From a virus, in IMG/VR virus record IMGVR_UViG_3300045391_002372: 39,285 nucleotides of DNA. The stretch is one strand, 5' to 3'. Under the pieces are notes generated by a model. That model worked only from the letters and a program-made list of their open reading frames with translations, did not search any database and was not told where the DNA came from. The position numbers and the translations under genes were made by a program. Shown piece by piece: positions 32,480-39,285 of this stretch. The number at the start of each line of letters is the position of its first letter. Position 1 is the stretch's first letter.

Positions 32480-32754
32480 AGCGGAAAGAGGCGCGAGCAG
32501 GCTCACTGGAAGCTATACAGCGAAATACTTTTGACAAGATGAAAGCCGAAATTGAGCGGCTGAGAGACGAGCTTAGCATCTTGAAGGTTAATCAGATTGC
32601 AGAGATTGCCGCAGCGGAGGAGCGGGGCGCCGAATCAATGGCACGTTTAATTATTGAAGATGAGGCTATGGGCGTCAGTAGGCCTTTTGTCGAGGTCGAT
32701 AAACCTATTCAGAATTGGATTGATAAATGGCGCTCACAGCGGGGGGCAAAGTGA
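32476..32754 (+). CDS. Hypothetical coiled-coil protein (92 aa)
   Basis: ATGA overlap. Confidence 0.45.
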   Translation: MKRKEARAGSLEAIQRNTFDKMKAEIERLRDELSILKVNQIAEIAAAEERGAESMARLIIEDEAMGVSRPFVEVDKPIQNWIDKWRSQRGAK

Positions 32755-33044
32755 AAGAGGGACCGCGACCAATATCCATACGGCTTGACCATTGGAAGCT
32801 GCTTGATTCTGAGCAGTTCATAGAGACAACGGTCGATAATGGTCACTCATTATTCGGCCCACACCCAGCAGCAAATCTATGGGCTTTTACTGAATCCCAA
32901 CTCCGCGCCCATGAGGAGAGGATCTGGAAGGCTGCCAGACAACGAGATGATTGCCCTGGTGAGCATTACTACGACGGAATGACTTACTTAACGATTAACG
33001 ACTACTGGAAACAACGTGCAGCGGAAGGGAAGGAGGGGGAGTGA
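32727..33044 (+). CDS. Hypothetical protein (105 aa; GTG 32751 in a GTGA overlap is an alternative start)
   Basis: ORF track. Confidence 0.45.
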   Translation: MALTAGGKVKEGPRPISIRLDHWKLLDSEQFIETTVDNGHSLFGPHPAANLWAFTESQLRAHEERIWKAARQRDDCPGEHYYDGMTYLTINDYWKQRAAEGKEGE

Positions 33045-33220
33045 GTGATTGGCATTTAGCTGGGGTTATCATGTGGCATCCCCTAGTAGGAAAATATTCA
33101 GTCCCTATAGAAGCGGAATATTGGATAGTGGAAAAGGGGCCTTCGTCATGGTCGTTACCTTCTCACGCAGTCGTAACGGTCACACATTGGTTAGCAGAAT
33201 TTAGTTATCACGGAGCATAA
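33041..33220 (+). CDS. Small Trp/His-rich ORF (59 aa) not in the track
   Basis: GTG start preceded by AGGAGG (33031-36). I translated it with no internal stop: VSDWHLAGVIMWHPLVGKYSVPIEAEYWIVEKGPSSWSLPSHAVVTVTHWLAEFSYHGA. Confidence 0.4.
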   Translation: MSDWHLAGVIMWHPLVGKYSVPIEAEYWIVEKGPSSWSLPSHAVVTVTHWLAEFSYHGA

Positions 33221-33223
33221 ACC

Positions 33224-33412
33224 ATGACCGAGCAAGGTAAAAGCGCGGAGGAGAAGCGGACACAAATTGAAAGTTATGCAATTCAACTTACCAATGGCTA
33301 CCGTTTGGAGGGTAAAAAGGATGGCGATTACATCACTGTGATTCGTCCTAACTTTCCAACTGTAACTATTCACATTGAGGAATTTATAGAGTGGCTAACG
33401 AAGGCACCATGA
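33224..33412 (+). CDS. Hypothetical protein (62 aa)
   Basis: ORF track. Confidence 0.45.
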   Translation: MTEQGKSAEEKRTQIESYAIQLTNGYRLEGKKDGDYITVIRPNFPTVTIHIEEFIEWLTKAP

Positions 33413-33657
33413 CCAAACAGAGCGCGGAGGAGGCGGCAATCGAGAATGCACGGCTCAACGTACGGAAAAAAGATCGCATTCCTGTTGCGTACGAAGCTTT
33501 CCTCGCTGGCGCTAAATGGGGCGACACCAACGGCTATCGGAGAGCAATAATAGAAATTTCAAAATGGATAGACGAAAATCATCACGGTGACGAATGGGGG
33601 GATCGCGTAATTATTCAAAGTGATTTCAAAGCCTACATCGAGGACAAGCTGAAATGA
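33409..33657 (+). CDS. Hypothetical protein (82 aa from ATG 33409, ATGA overlap)
   Basis: gaagg SD; track start 33391 is GTG. Confidence 0.45.
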   Translation: MTKQSAEEAAIENARLNVRKKDRIPVAYEAFLAGAKWGDTNGYRRAIIEISKWIDENHHGDEWGDRVIIQSDFKAYIEDKLK

Positions 33658-33863
33658 GCGACGATCCAACAATTGCCGCACCGGGGAACAGAGTTACTAA
33701 CCCAGCGCCCATTACCTTTTATGGAGATAAAATCCTGATCGAAGTCCGTTCGGATTATAACGCTGGCTATGAAGTCGAATATACCGAATATTTTACCCGC
33801 GAAGATCTAAAGCTCGCATTCACAGCGCTGAGAAAATTTTTGGATGAGGTGAAGTTGAAATGA
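33654..33863 (+). CDS. Hypothetical protein (69 aa)
   Basis: ATGA overlap. Confidence 0.45.
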   Translation: MSDDPTIAAPGNRVTNPAPITFYGDKILIEVRSDYNAGYEVEYTEYFTREDLKLAFTALRKFLDEVKLK

Positions 33864-34234
33864 GCTGGCTCAAACGAATATTTAAAAAAATCTTTGGATA
33901 TAGGCGACTTCATTATGTCGGAGTCTTTGATTTAATGAATCTCGTGACTATAGAAGGAGAGGCAACCCGAAACTTTATAAGGAAATTAATCATGACAGTT
34001 AACGATGATATAGCAGCGGTAACGGCTGAATTGGTACAGGCTAAGGGCGTTCTTGTGGATGTGGGGACAGGAGTTACTACCTTAAAGCAGCAAGTACTTA
34101 ACCTACAGGAGCAATTGGCGGCAGCACTCACTGCGGGGCAGTTAGATCCAACGCTTGGCGCAGCTTTAAAAACTGCGGCTGATGATATTTTGGAAACAAC
34201 TATCAATATCAAAACTCAAGAGACTACTGCCTAG
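33860..34234 (+). CDS. Hypothetical coiled-coil protein (124 aa)
   Basis: ATGA overlap; followed by a terminator. Confidence 0.5.
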   Translation: MSWLKRIFKKIFGYRRLHYVGVFDLMNLVTIEGEATRNFIRKLIMTVNDDIAAVTAELVQAKGVLVDVGTGVTTLKQQVLNLQEQLAAALTAGQLDPTLGAALKTAADDILETTINIKTQETTA

Positions 34235-34240
34235 AACCCC

Positions 34241-34266
34241 AGGCCCGGTGAGAGCGGGCTTTTTAT
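34241..34266 (+). terminator. Rho-independent terminator
   Basis: Stem GCCCG (34243-47) / CGGGC (34255-59), 7-nt loop, then ttttta. Confidence 0.65.
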
Positions 34267-34275
34267 TAAGGACTT

Positions 34276-34521
34276 ATGGAAAGACAGAAATTCCCCGCAG
34301 AGGATTTAAAGAAATTCAAACTTCGAGTTGTAGGCGATGGAACTTTCAACGGCTCAAAAATTGAGAATGCCGAGACGGGCGAGATTCTGGGAGACGTACA
34401 TAAATGCATTATAAAATTCGATCCAGATAAGATGTGCTGTGAAACGACGCTTGTAATTCGGCACAACGAAGTGATTTTAGATCTTAGGGATCCGCCTAAA
34501 TTGGAGTGGCTTGGCATATGA
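34276..34521 (+). CDS. Hypothetical protein (81 aa)
   Basis: aagga SD. Confidence 0.5.
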   Translation: MERQKFPAEDLKKFKLRVVGDGTFNGSKIENAETGEILGDVHKCIIKFDPDKMCCETTLVIRHNEVILDLRDPPKLEWLGI

Positions 34522-34748
34522 CGAGCGCACGACGAAAGAAGATTAAGCAGATGACATGGATCTTGAAAGATCCCGATAGGCGAATGGGGCATCTTTATCG
34601 CTGGTTTGCTGCGCCGAGGATAATGAAGGTCGTGGAGAAAATCCCGATCCCGCCTTTAGGTTCGCTGACTTTCCGAACTCCTTCTATGCCCGATTTTCGC
34701 AAGGCTGGAGATACGACGGCCAGCGAAATATTCATAGATATTACATGA
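34518..34748 (+). CDS. Hypothetical protein (76 aa from ATG 34518, ATGA overlap)
   Basis: Track start 34506 is GTG. Confidence 0.45.
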   Translation: MTSARRKKIKQMTWILKDPDRRMGHLYRWFAAPRIMKVVEKIPIPPLGSLTFRTPSMPDFRKAGDTTASEIFIDIT

Positions 34749-34831
34749 TCCTAATCCTCAGCATTGCCGCAGCCTTTGCAATTGCCCTGGGTGGCTTAAT
34801 GGCTGCAATTTTATTTACGGACCCAGATTGA
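34745..34831 (+). CDS. Micro-ORF encoding a 28-aa hydrophobic peptide MILILSIAAAFAIALGGLMAAILFTDPD
   Basis: ATGA overlap at its start and a TGATG junction at its end. It fills an otherwise unexplained 80-nt gap. Confidence 0.35.
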   Translation: MILILSIAAAFAIALGGLMAAILFTDPD

Positions 34832-35058
34832 TGATTCCAAGCATAACCGAAAGAATCCTTGCGCCAGTCATTACGGGCACGAGAACCATTCAAATCTATT
34901 CAATGCTTGACGATGCCACGGGCCTGTACTGGTGGGTATTGCAATGGTGCGAGTTTACCGCAAAGAACCCCTCATTATATCAATGCTTCGATGAACTCGC
35001 CGCATGGTACGTTCGCGAAATCGAGGACTGCTTAGAAGCTGCTAATGATGATCTGTAG
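34831..35058 (+). CDS. Hypothetical protein (75 aa from ATG 34831)
   Basis: ORF track 34828..35058. Confidence 0.45.
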   Translation: MIPSITERILAPVITGTRTIQIYSMLDDATGLYWWVLQWCEFTAKNPSLYQCFDELAAWYVREIEDCLEAANDDL

Positions 35059-35491
35059 TTGCGGCCGTCCCATGTATTTCGCAGATAATTTCTACTACTG
35101 CCTTTACTGCATCCCTCTTAAATATCCTGAACTTATAGGCGATCATTTATGCGGTTGGGTTGCCATGGGTCTAACGTCACAAATGATTAAGGAATTAAAC
35201 GATGAAAAGGACAAGGAACTTCGCGCGCTGGGGCACGGAGCGAATGCTAATGAAGAGAGCGGGCGACATATTAGCAGACTCACCGATAGACAACATTCCA
35301 GTACAGCCAGATTACTCACTGCTCAGGCGCGCCCGTTCCGCGATACCATCGGACATACCGGAGATAGAGAAATACCTAAACCATCCCAAGTGCCCGCCGA
35401 GATCTCGAAAGCGGCTAACAGCGATCCTTGGGAGACTGAACAAAGGGCAAGATTTTCGTGGTTCGGATTACCAATACTACCAAGGCGTTAA
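35045..35491 (+). CDS. Zn-ribbon-like ORF (148 aa); only the N-terminal ~55 aa look protein-like
   Basis: The N-terminus is CSCGRPMYFADNFYYCLYC. Downstream it overlaps ORF 35202 out of frame for 290 nt, with R/S/T/P-rich composition. Confidence 0.3.
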   Translation: MMICSCGRPMYFADNFYYCLYCIPLKYPELIGDHLCGWVAMGLTSQMIKELNDEKDKELRALGHGANANEESGRHISRLTDRQHSSTARLLTAQARPFRDTIGHTGDREIPKPSQVPAEISKAANSDPWETEQRARFSWFGLPILPRR

Positions 35492-35888
35492 AATGGTGCT
35501 TTACGCTAAAACACCTACGTTAGAAGACATCATTTTTGAGATCCGAAAGTACCTAATTGAAACCAAGTGTAACGTTACTGAAACAGCTGCCCGGATGTGC
35601 TGGAAGCGCCCTGACGTATGGTCAATCATCGAAGAAAACGCGCATGCATTTGGTGACCTTTTAGAAACAGTTAGAATTGATACAAACCTAATGAAGCGAA
35701 TGGAAGCGGCCTCACGTAAGGAAACAATCGAGAGGGCGTTAAAAATTGCAAACGGTCGCGTAAGTATTGCCGCAGGAATTTTAGGGATCAAACGTTCGAC
35801 ACTACAGGAGCGTATCGCAGAACTTATGATATCATGTCATAGAGAGTCGTTAGATGATGCAAGCGCTCGCAGCGCCGATAACAACTGA
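35202..35888 (+). CDS. DNA-binding protein with a C-terminal Fis-type HTH (228 aa)
   Basis: AAGGA lies 8 nt upstream of the ATG. ALKIANGRVSIAAGILGIKRSTLQERIAEL is a Fis/NtrC-type HTH. Confidence 0.55.
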   Translation: MKRTRNFARWGTERMLMKRAGDILADSPIDNIPVQPDYSLLRRARSAIPSDIPEIEKYLNHPKCPPRSRKRLTAILGRLNKGQDFRGSDYQYYQGVKMVLYAKTPTLEDIIFEIRKYLIETKCNVTETAARMCWKRPDVWSIIEENAHAFGDLLETVRIDTNLMKRMEAASRKETIERALKIANGRVSIAAGILGIKRSTLQERIAELMISCHRESLDDASARSADNN

Positions 35889-36453
35889 AGAGCCTGAAAA
35901 CGCCTGTAAAGTACAGGCTTTCTATAAGCATTCTCAATTACGCGGTCTTTGGATAGAACTCACCGGAAAATTAAGATTCCCAAGCAAGAACAAAAAGCCC
36001 GTTTTTAGAAACGCTTTCACCGGTAAGCGCTTCATGCCCAAAAATACATCCTGGACCATAGACCGGGACGCAATCACCGTGCTGTACCGCAATGCGTGCG
36101 CAGGGAAGCTACCTACATTCAATGACGAGCTAGTAAAGCTAACGGCAATTTTGCCAGCACCTACACGCGGTAGAGATGATTCCCATAATCGAGGTGAATC
36201 AATTGCAGACTGGCTGCAACATATCGGAGTTGTAGCGGACGACTCCCAAGTTGAGATGCATTGCATCAAAAGAAACGAGTACGCCAGGTTTTCCCCTTTT
36301 TTGTTGCAAGACGGTTGTCCGCCCATATCGGATGACCGTAATTGCACTACGCTGATTTTACTTCGTAAAGACGAGCAGATTGAGCGGATTATCCAAGCAC
36401 ATATCCTCGAACTCGTTAGAATTTCAGCAGGACGGACAGTCCTCATCGGTTAG
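35854..36453 (+). CDS. rusA: RusA-like Holliday junction resolvase (199 aa)
   Basis: RGRDDSHNRGESIADWLQHIGVVADDSQVEMHC fits the RusA D-x-D-N...D-x-L...DD-x-x-V motif, and the N-terminal LTGKLRFPSKNKKP fits the RusA N-terminus. Confidence 0.5.
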   Translation: MMQALAAPITTEEPENACKVQAFYKHSQLRGLWIELTGKLRFPSKNKKPVFRNAFTGKRFMPKNTSWTIDRDAITVLYRNACAGKLPTFNDELVKLTAILPAPTRGRDDSHNRGESIADWLQHIGVVADDSQVEMHCIKRNEYARFSPFLLQDGCPPISDDRNCTTLILLRKDEQIERIIQAHILELVRISAGRTVLIG

Positions 36454-36784
36454 AGGCGAAAGAAACCTAGCTCTATCGATAATCACTCGCTCAGTTATTG
36501 ATTACGTTCAAAACGAAGAACACCGAAACAACCTCTATTGGGAAGCAGCGCTTTTCTTAGCTGAGCCATGGAAGCCGTTAAAACGGGCTGAACCATTTAC
36601 CGTGCAATGGATCTTAGAGCATTGCGTATTTGATCCTGAGGGTGCGTACCTTAAAATTCTAGCGCTTTGTGGTTGTCCTAATGCTGCAATACGGATTCGC
36701 CCATTAACTTTCACAGCGATTACACCTAGAGGCGGGAACAATCGACCGCGCGCGCCTGGTGGTGGGAGGAAAAAACGCGCGTGA
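36380..36784 (+). CDS. Hypothetical protein (134 aa, TTG start uncertain, 74-nt overlap with the rusA-like gene)
   Basis: ORF track; no in-frame ATG. Confidence 0.35.
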   Translation: MSGLSKHISSNSLEFQQDGQSSSVRGERNLALSIITRSVIDYVQNEEHRNNLYWEAALFLAEPWKPLKRAEPFTVQWILEHCVFDPEGAYLKILALCGCPNAAIRIRPLTFTAITPRGGNNRPRAPGGGRKKRA

Positions 36785-37329
36785 TGGTTGCGGATGTCAC
36801 AGATTACAGTCACAATAGGCAGCATGGGAGAAGTGAAGCTACTCCCTTCTCAACGCTTCACGAGGCGGTTAATTTTTGTTACCGCAATATCCCAGGCCGC
36901 CAAAAATACCCAAATTTCTTTGAATTAGAACGCGGCACTAGACCATATCTTGCTGACTTTGACCCTAATCACGTTGAACGCATATGGGCGCGCGTGCTTA
37001 GAGGTATGCAACGGGTGCTATTAACGCACCGAAGAGATGCCCGTAGAGCTTGGATGCTTTGCAATTTAGGGGATCGCGCTGAGGTGTATTCTAAAAGCGG
37101 TAATCCCCACGAAGAAAAGCGCATGAAAGAATATGCGATAAGGCGCGGCGAACGAATCAGAATGCATCCTGATGATGCAGCGAAGTATCTGGATGTGAGC
37201 AAACGAACGATTTTTAGATGGCTTGAAAAGATTAATGCTGATCTTGAAAGTGAATTTCAACGTAGGAGATTGATACCAAGGCCGGACGATGGCAGGCGGG
37301 AAGGAAAGCGAGAGGAAGAAACGCGCTAA
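36781..37329 (+). CDS. HTH regulator (182 aa), candidate late-gene activator
   Basis: The C-terminal DDAAKYLDVSKRTIFRWLEK is an excisionase/sigma-region-4-like HTH. It is the last regulator before the packaging genes. Confidence 0.45.
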   Translation: MMVADVTDYSHNRQHGRSEATPFSTLHEAVNFCYRNIPGRQKYPNFFELERGTRPYLADFDPNHVERIWARVLRGMQRVLLTHRRDARRAWMLCNLGDRAEVYSKSGNPHEEKRMKEYAIRRGERIRMHPDDAAKYLDVSKRTIFRWLEKINADLESEFQRRRLIPRPDDGRREGKREEETR

Positions 37330-37792
37330 GCAAGACGAATGGATCACTCGCTTTATAGCTAACGGCTGCAATATAGAGGGCGCTTCCCGCGATGTTGGGA
37401 TAAGCAAAAAGACGGCGTACCTCTGGAAACGGTCAGACACGGATTTTATTGCGCGTCTTGAGGAGCGTTTAAACGCACGCCAGCAAGTACTTGATAGTCA
37501 GCCCGATGAAGTAAAAGAGTTCGTAGCGCTCGCCAAAGAAAAGCTGAAACGAGCGCTTGCAAGTCCCTTCACAGACGAAAAGGCAGCGCTTGCAATTCTA
37601 GAAGCCTATGAGCCTGAAATTTACGATCCTCGCATTCGATTTAAGATCTGGGAACAGCGCCAACTATTGCAAGTAGAGCAATCAGAGCCGGTAACCGTAT
37701 TTAGGCGCTCAAAAGAGCCATTAAGATTGGAGCTAGTTAAGCCTGAGAAGGCGGCGACGGGCACTGATGGCCAAGATCGGGATCAATCGTAG
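37289..37792 (+). CDS. terS: Terminase small subunit candidate (167 aa)
   Basis: Basic N-terminus followed by the HTH NIEGASRDVGISKKTAYLWKRSD; nearest + strand gene upstream of terL. Confidence 0.45.
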   Translation: MAGGKESERKKRAKQDEWITRFIANGCNIEGASRDVGISKKTAYLWKRSDTDFIARLEERLNARQQVLDSQPDEVKEFVALAKEKLKRALASPFTDEKAALAILEAYEPEIYDPRIRFKIWEQRQLLQVEQSEPVTVFRRSKEPLRLELVKPEKAATGTDGQDRDQS

Positions 37793-37919
37793 CGCCACAG
37801 TGAGCGCAGAAAATCACCTTTACGCCCATGAATGTCATGACGATCCAGTCGCGAGACTCAGTTTCAGGCAATGGCTTAGGCGGCTTTGGCTTTCGTTTGA
37901 ACTTTAGGACTTTAGCCAT
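37737..37919 (-). CDS. Small basic Cys/His protein (60 aa), second gene of an antisense pair
   Basis: MAKVLKFKRKPKPPKP... then CAHCGATIDPDLGHQC. ATGGCTAA overlap with the upstream minus ORF. The + frames here are full of stops. Confidence 0.45.
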   Translation of the reverse strand: MAKVLKFKRKPKPPKPLPETESRDWIVMTFMGVKVIFCAHCGATIDPDLGHQCPSPPSQA

Positions 37920-38100
37920 GCTCGGAGCAGAGATTGAGAAGAAACTCTAGATCCTCAAGAGATATTTCGCCCGACTGCCATTGGCTGATGAGCGTGTCTC
38001 TAAAACGACTAAGATCCTCTTTGAATGATGGGCCATCACTAATTAGCCGGAGCATGTCCATGACTAAAGCGAAGTCGGCGCGTACGGCTTCCCGGTCCAT
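37912..38100 (-). CDS. Small acidic helical protein (62 aa), first gene of an antisense pair
   Basis: ORF track. Its ATG is 6 nt from the terL ATG on the opposite strand. Confidence 0.45.
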   Translation of the reverse strand: MDREAVRADFALVMDMLRLISDGPSFKEDLSRFRDTLISQWQSGEISLEDLEFLLNLCSEHG

Positions 38101-38106
38101 TGCGTG

Positions 38107-39285
38107 ATGCTACCACAACGAATCGAACATGAAACAGAGATCCCGTGGTGGGTATACGATTCACTAGAAGACAATACAGATGATTTAGTTACCTGGGTAA
38201 CGGGCGGGCTAGGTTCAGGTAAAACTTACGGTTCAGCTTTATGGCATCTGCAACGCTGCAGGAATAATTATAAAAGCCCTTTTAGCTGGGTAATTGCACC
38301 AACTCACGCCAAGGTAAACAGCATTGTTATACCAGCGCTAGTTGAAACCGCTTCCACTCACTTAGGTTGGACGGAAGGAAAAGATCTAACAGTTCATTCA
38401 GGTGCACCGGCTAGGATTTATCTTAAGCGAACCGGACAAACGATATACGGCCACAGTGCTAATAAATGGCGGCTAATGGTGGGAGAAAATATCTCTCACT
38501 TTACCGCTACTGAGGTTGGTTATTACCAATCCCGCGATTGGTTAGATAAGTGCCAATCTCGCGCACGGTGTCCTAAGGCAAAACTAATACAGGGCTTAGG
38601 CGAAGGCACGCCGGAAGGGACTGAGAATTGGTATGCTGAGTGCGCAGACATTGAAGAAAACGTTATCCATGCTGAAACACTCTTTAAACGCATTAGACTT
38701 GAGACGGGCGACAATCCGCACTTAAGACCAGGATACATTGAAAAGCTAAAGCGTCAGTTTAGCCATGACGCAGGAAAGCTAGAGAGCTATCTTTACGGAC
38801 GCTTTGTTCCGTTTACTCGCGGCACAGCTTATTGGGAGTTTTTCCATTCTCGCAATGTTGTTTTAGACGTTGCAGCGAGTAGGCAATTACCGCTTTTATT
38901 TTGTTGGGATTTTAATAAGTCACCACTTGCCTGGGTAGTACTGCAGAAGCAACCGCATGAGACAAAATCTGGTTATAGATTTCACCGATACGTTGCTCTT
39001 GCTGAAAGTTCTGGAGAGTCCAGAGGAATCATGGACGCCTGTGTTGAGTTCATGGCCGAATATCCTTCGAGCCAATGGGCTGACGTACCTATTCGAGTCT
39101 ACGGCGATCCCTCAGGTTATTTTGGATCTCATCTCTCGGCTTCGGACTCTTTCGACCAGATCTATCAATATTTACGCACACGCTATAGACGGGTCGAGAT
39201 GGTTGCCGATAAGGCAGCACCCCGGATTCAAGCCAGGCTTGAGAGAACAAATGCTTTGCTTGCTAATGAGCAATATGTGGCGGCG
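38107..39285 (+). CDS. terL: Terminase large subunit, N-terminal and central part (open to window end, continues at 71..268 after removing the overlap)
   Basis: My translation from ATG 38107 (GTG 38104 is also in frame) gives MLPQRIEHETEIPWWVYDSLEDNTDDLVTWVTGGLGSGKTYGSALW. This contains a Walker A GxGSGKT motif, with IRVYGDPSGYF nuclease-type motif later. There is no stop before 39285, and the phase matches ORF 41..268. Confidence 0.85.
   Translation, partial: MLPQRIEHETEIPWWVYDSLEDNTDDLVTWVTGGLGSGKTYGSALWHLQRCRNNYKSPFSWVIAPTHAKVNSIVIPALVETASTHLGWTEGKDLTVHSGAPARIYLKRTGQTIYGHSANKWRLMVGENISHFTATEVGYYQSRDWLDKCQSRARCPKAKLIQGLGEGTPEGTENWYAECADIEENVIHAETLFKRIRLETGDNPHLRPGYIEKLKRQFSHDAGKLESYLYGRFVPFTRGTAYWEFFHSRNVVLDVAASRQLPLLFCWDFNKSPLAWVVLQKQPHETKSGYRFHRYVALAESSGESRGIMDACVEFMAEYPSSQWADVPIRVYGDPSGYFGSHLSASDSFDQIYQYLRTRYRRVEMVADKAAPRIQARLERTNALLANEQYVAA
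39216..39285. repeat. Terminal overlap, second copy of 1-70
   Basis: Exact identity to 1-70 by direct reading. Confidence 0.95.

Noticed and set aside
35934-36446. 170-aa minus-strand ORF
   Set aside because: The + strand frame carries a recognisable RusA-type motif (DDSHN...DDSQV), so the antisense ORF is a shadow.
1-39285. CRISPR arrays, rRNA genes, IS elements, an integrase/att pair, reverse transcriptase (DGR or retron)
   Set aside because: I saw no spaced identical repeats. No ORF has recombinase, transposase or RT motifs that I could recognise, and there are no terminal inverted repeats. Absence is judged by eye only.

Overview
The window is a complete, circularly closed tailed-phage genome. 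Bases 1-70 are an exact copy of 39216-39285, so the unique length is 39215 bp, and the terminase large-subunit gene runs across the junction. Almost everything is on the + strand, and many genes are linked by ATGA/GTGA/TAATG start-stop overlaps.

Module order:
- Packaging: terL wraps the window ends, followed by the portal.
- Head: a Mu-type order of portal, MuF-like protein, gpG-like protein, scaffold, a small highly expressed protein, then an HK97-like major capsid protein.
- Tail: siphovirus-type, with head-tail joining proteins, major tail protein, G/GT chaperones with a visible A_AAA_AAA -1 frameshift site, a 1059-aa tape measure, two tandem paralogous tip proteins, a 787-aa tip protein and fibres.
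- Lysis-like cassette, wedged between fibre genes.
- A short minus-strand immunity cassette: an XRE repressor plus a lipoprotein.
- Early genes: RecT, a Gp157-like protein and an ORF-free tRNA-like RNA region.
- Replication: a winged-helix protein and a DUF4373-like initiator with internal iteron-like repeats, then an RNA-ligase-like enzyme.
- A long run of small accessory ORFs, then a RusA-like resolvase, HTH regulators and a putative terS.

Lipoboxes, a spanin-like ORF and Shine-Dalgarno sites point to a Gram-negative host. I found no integrase, transposase, partition genes, CRISPR array or rRNA.

Most interesting observations:
1. A lipoprotein-signal plus C-terminal-TMD ORF (unimolecular-spanin architecture) lies fully embedded in the +1 frame of a signal-peptide protein gene.
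2. The lysis-like cassette has no canonical endolysin; its only enzyme candidates are a small YkuD-motif (DUF5675-like) protein and that signal-peptide protein.
3. A nearly complete tRNA-Phe(GAA)-like gene has non-canonical D and T loops. It sits in a structured RNA region on the same genome as an RNA-ligase-like gene.
4. An antisense two-gene cassette separates terS from terL.
5. Iteron-like repeats lie inside the initiator gene.

All family names come from motifs read by eye. No database search was run.
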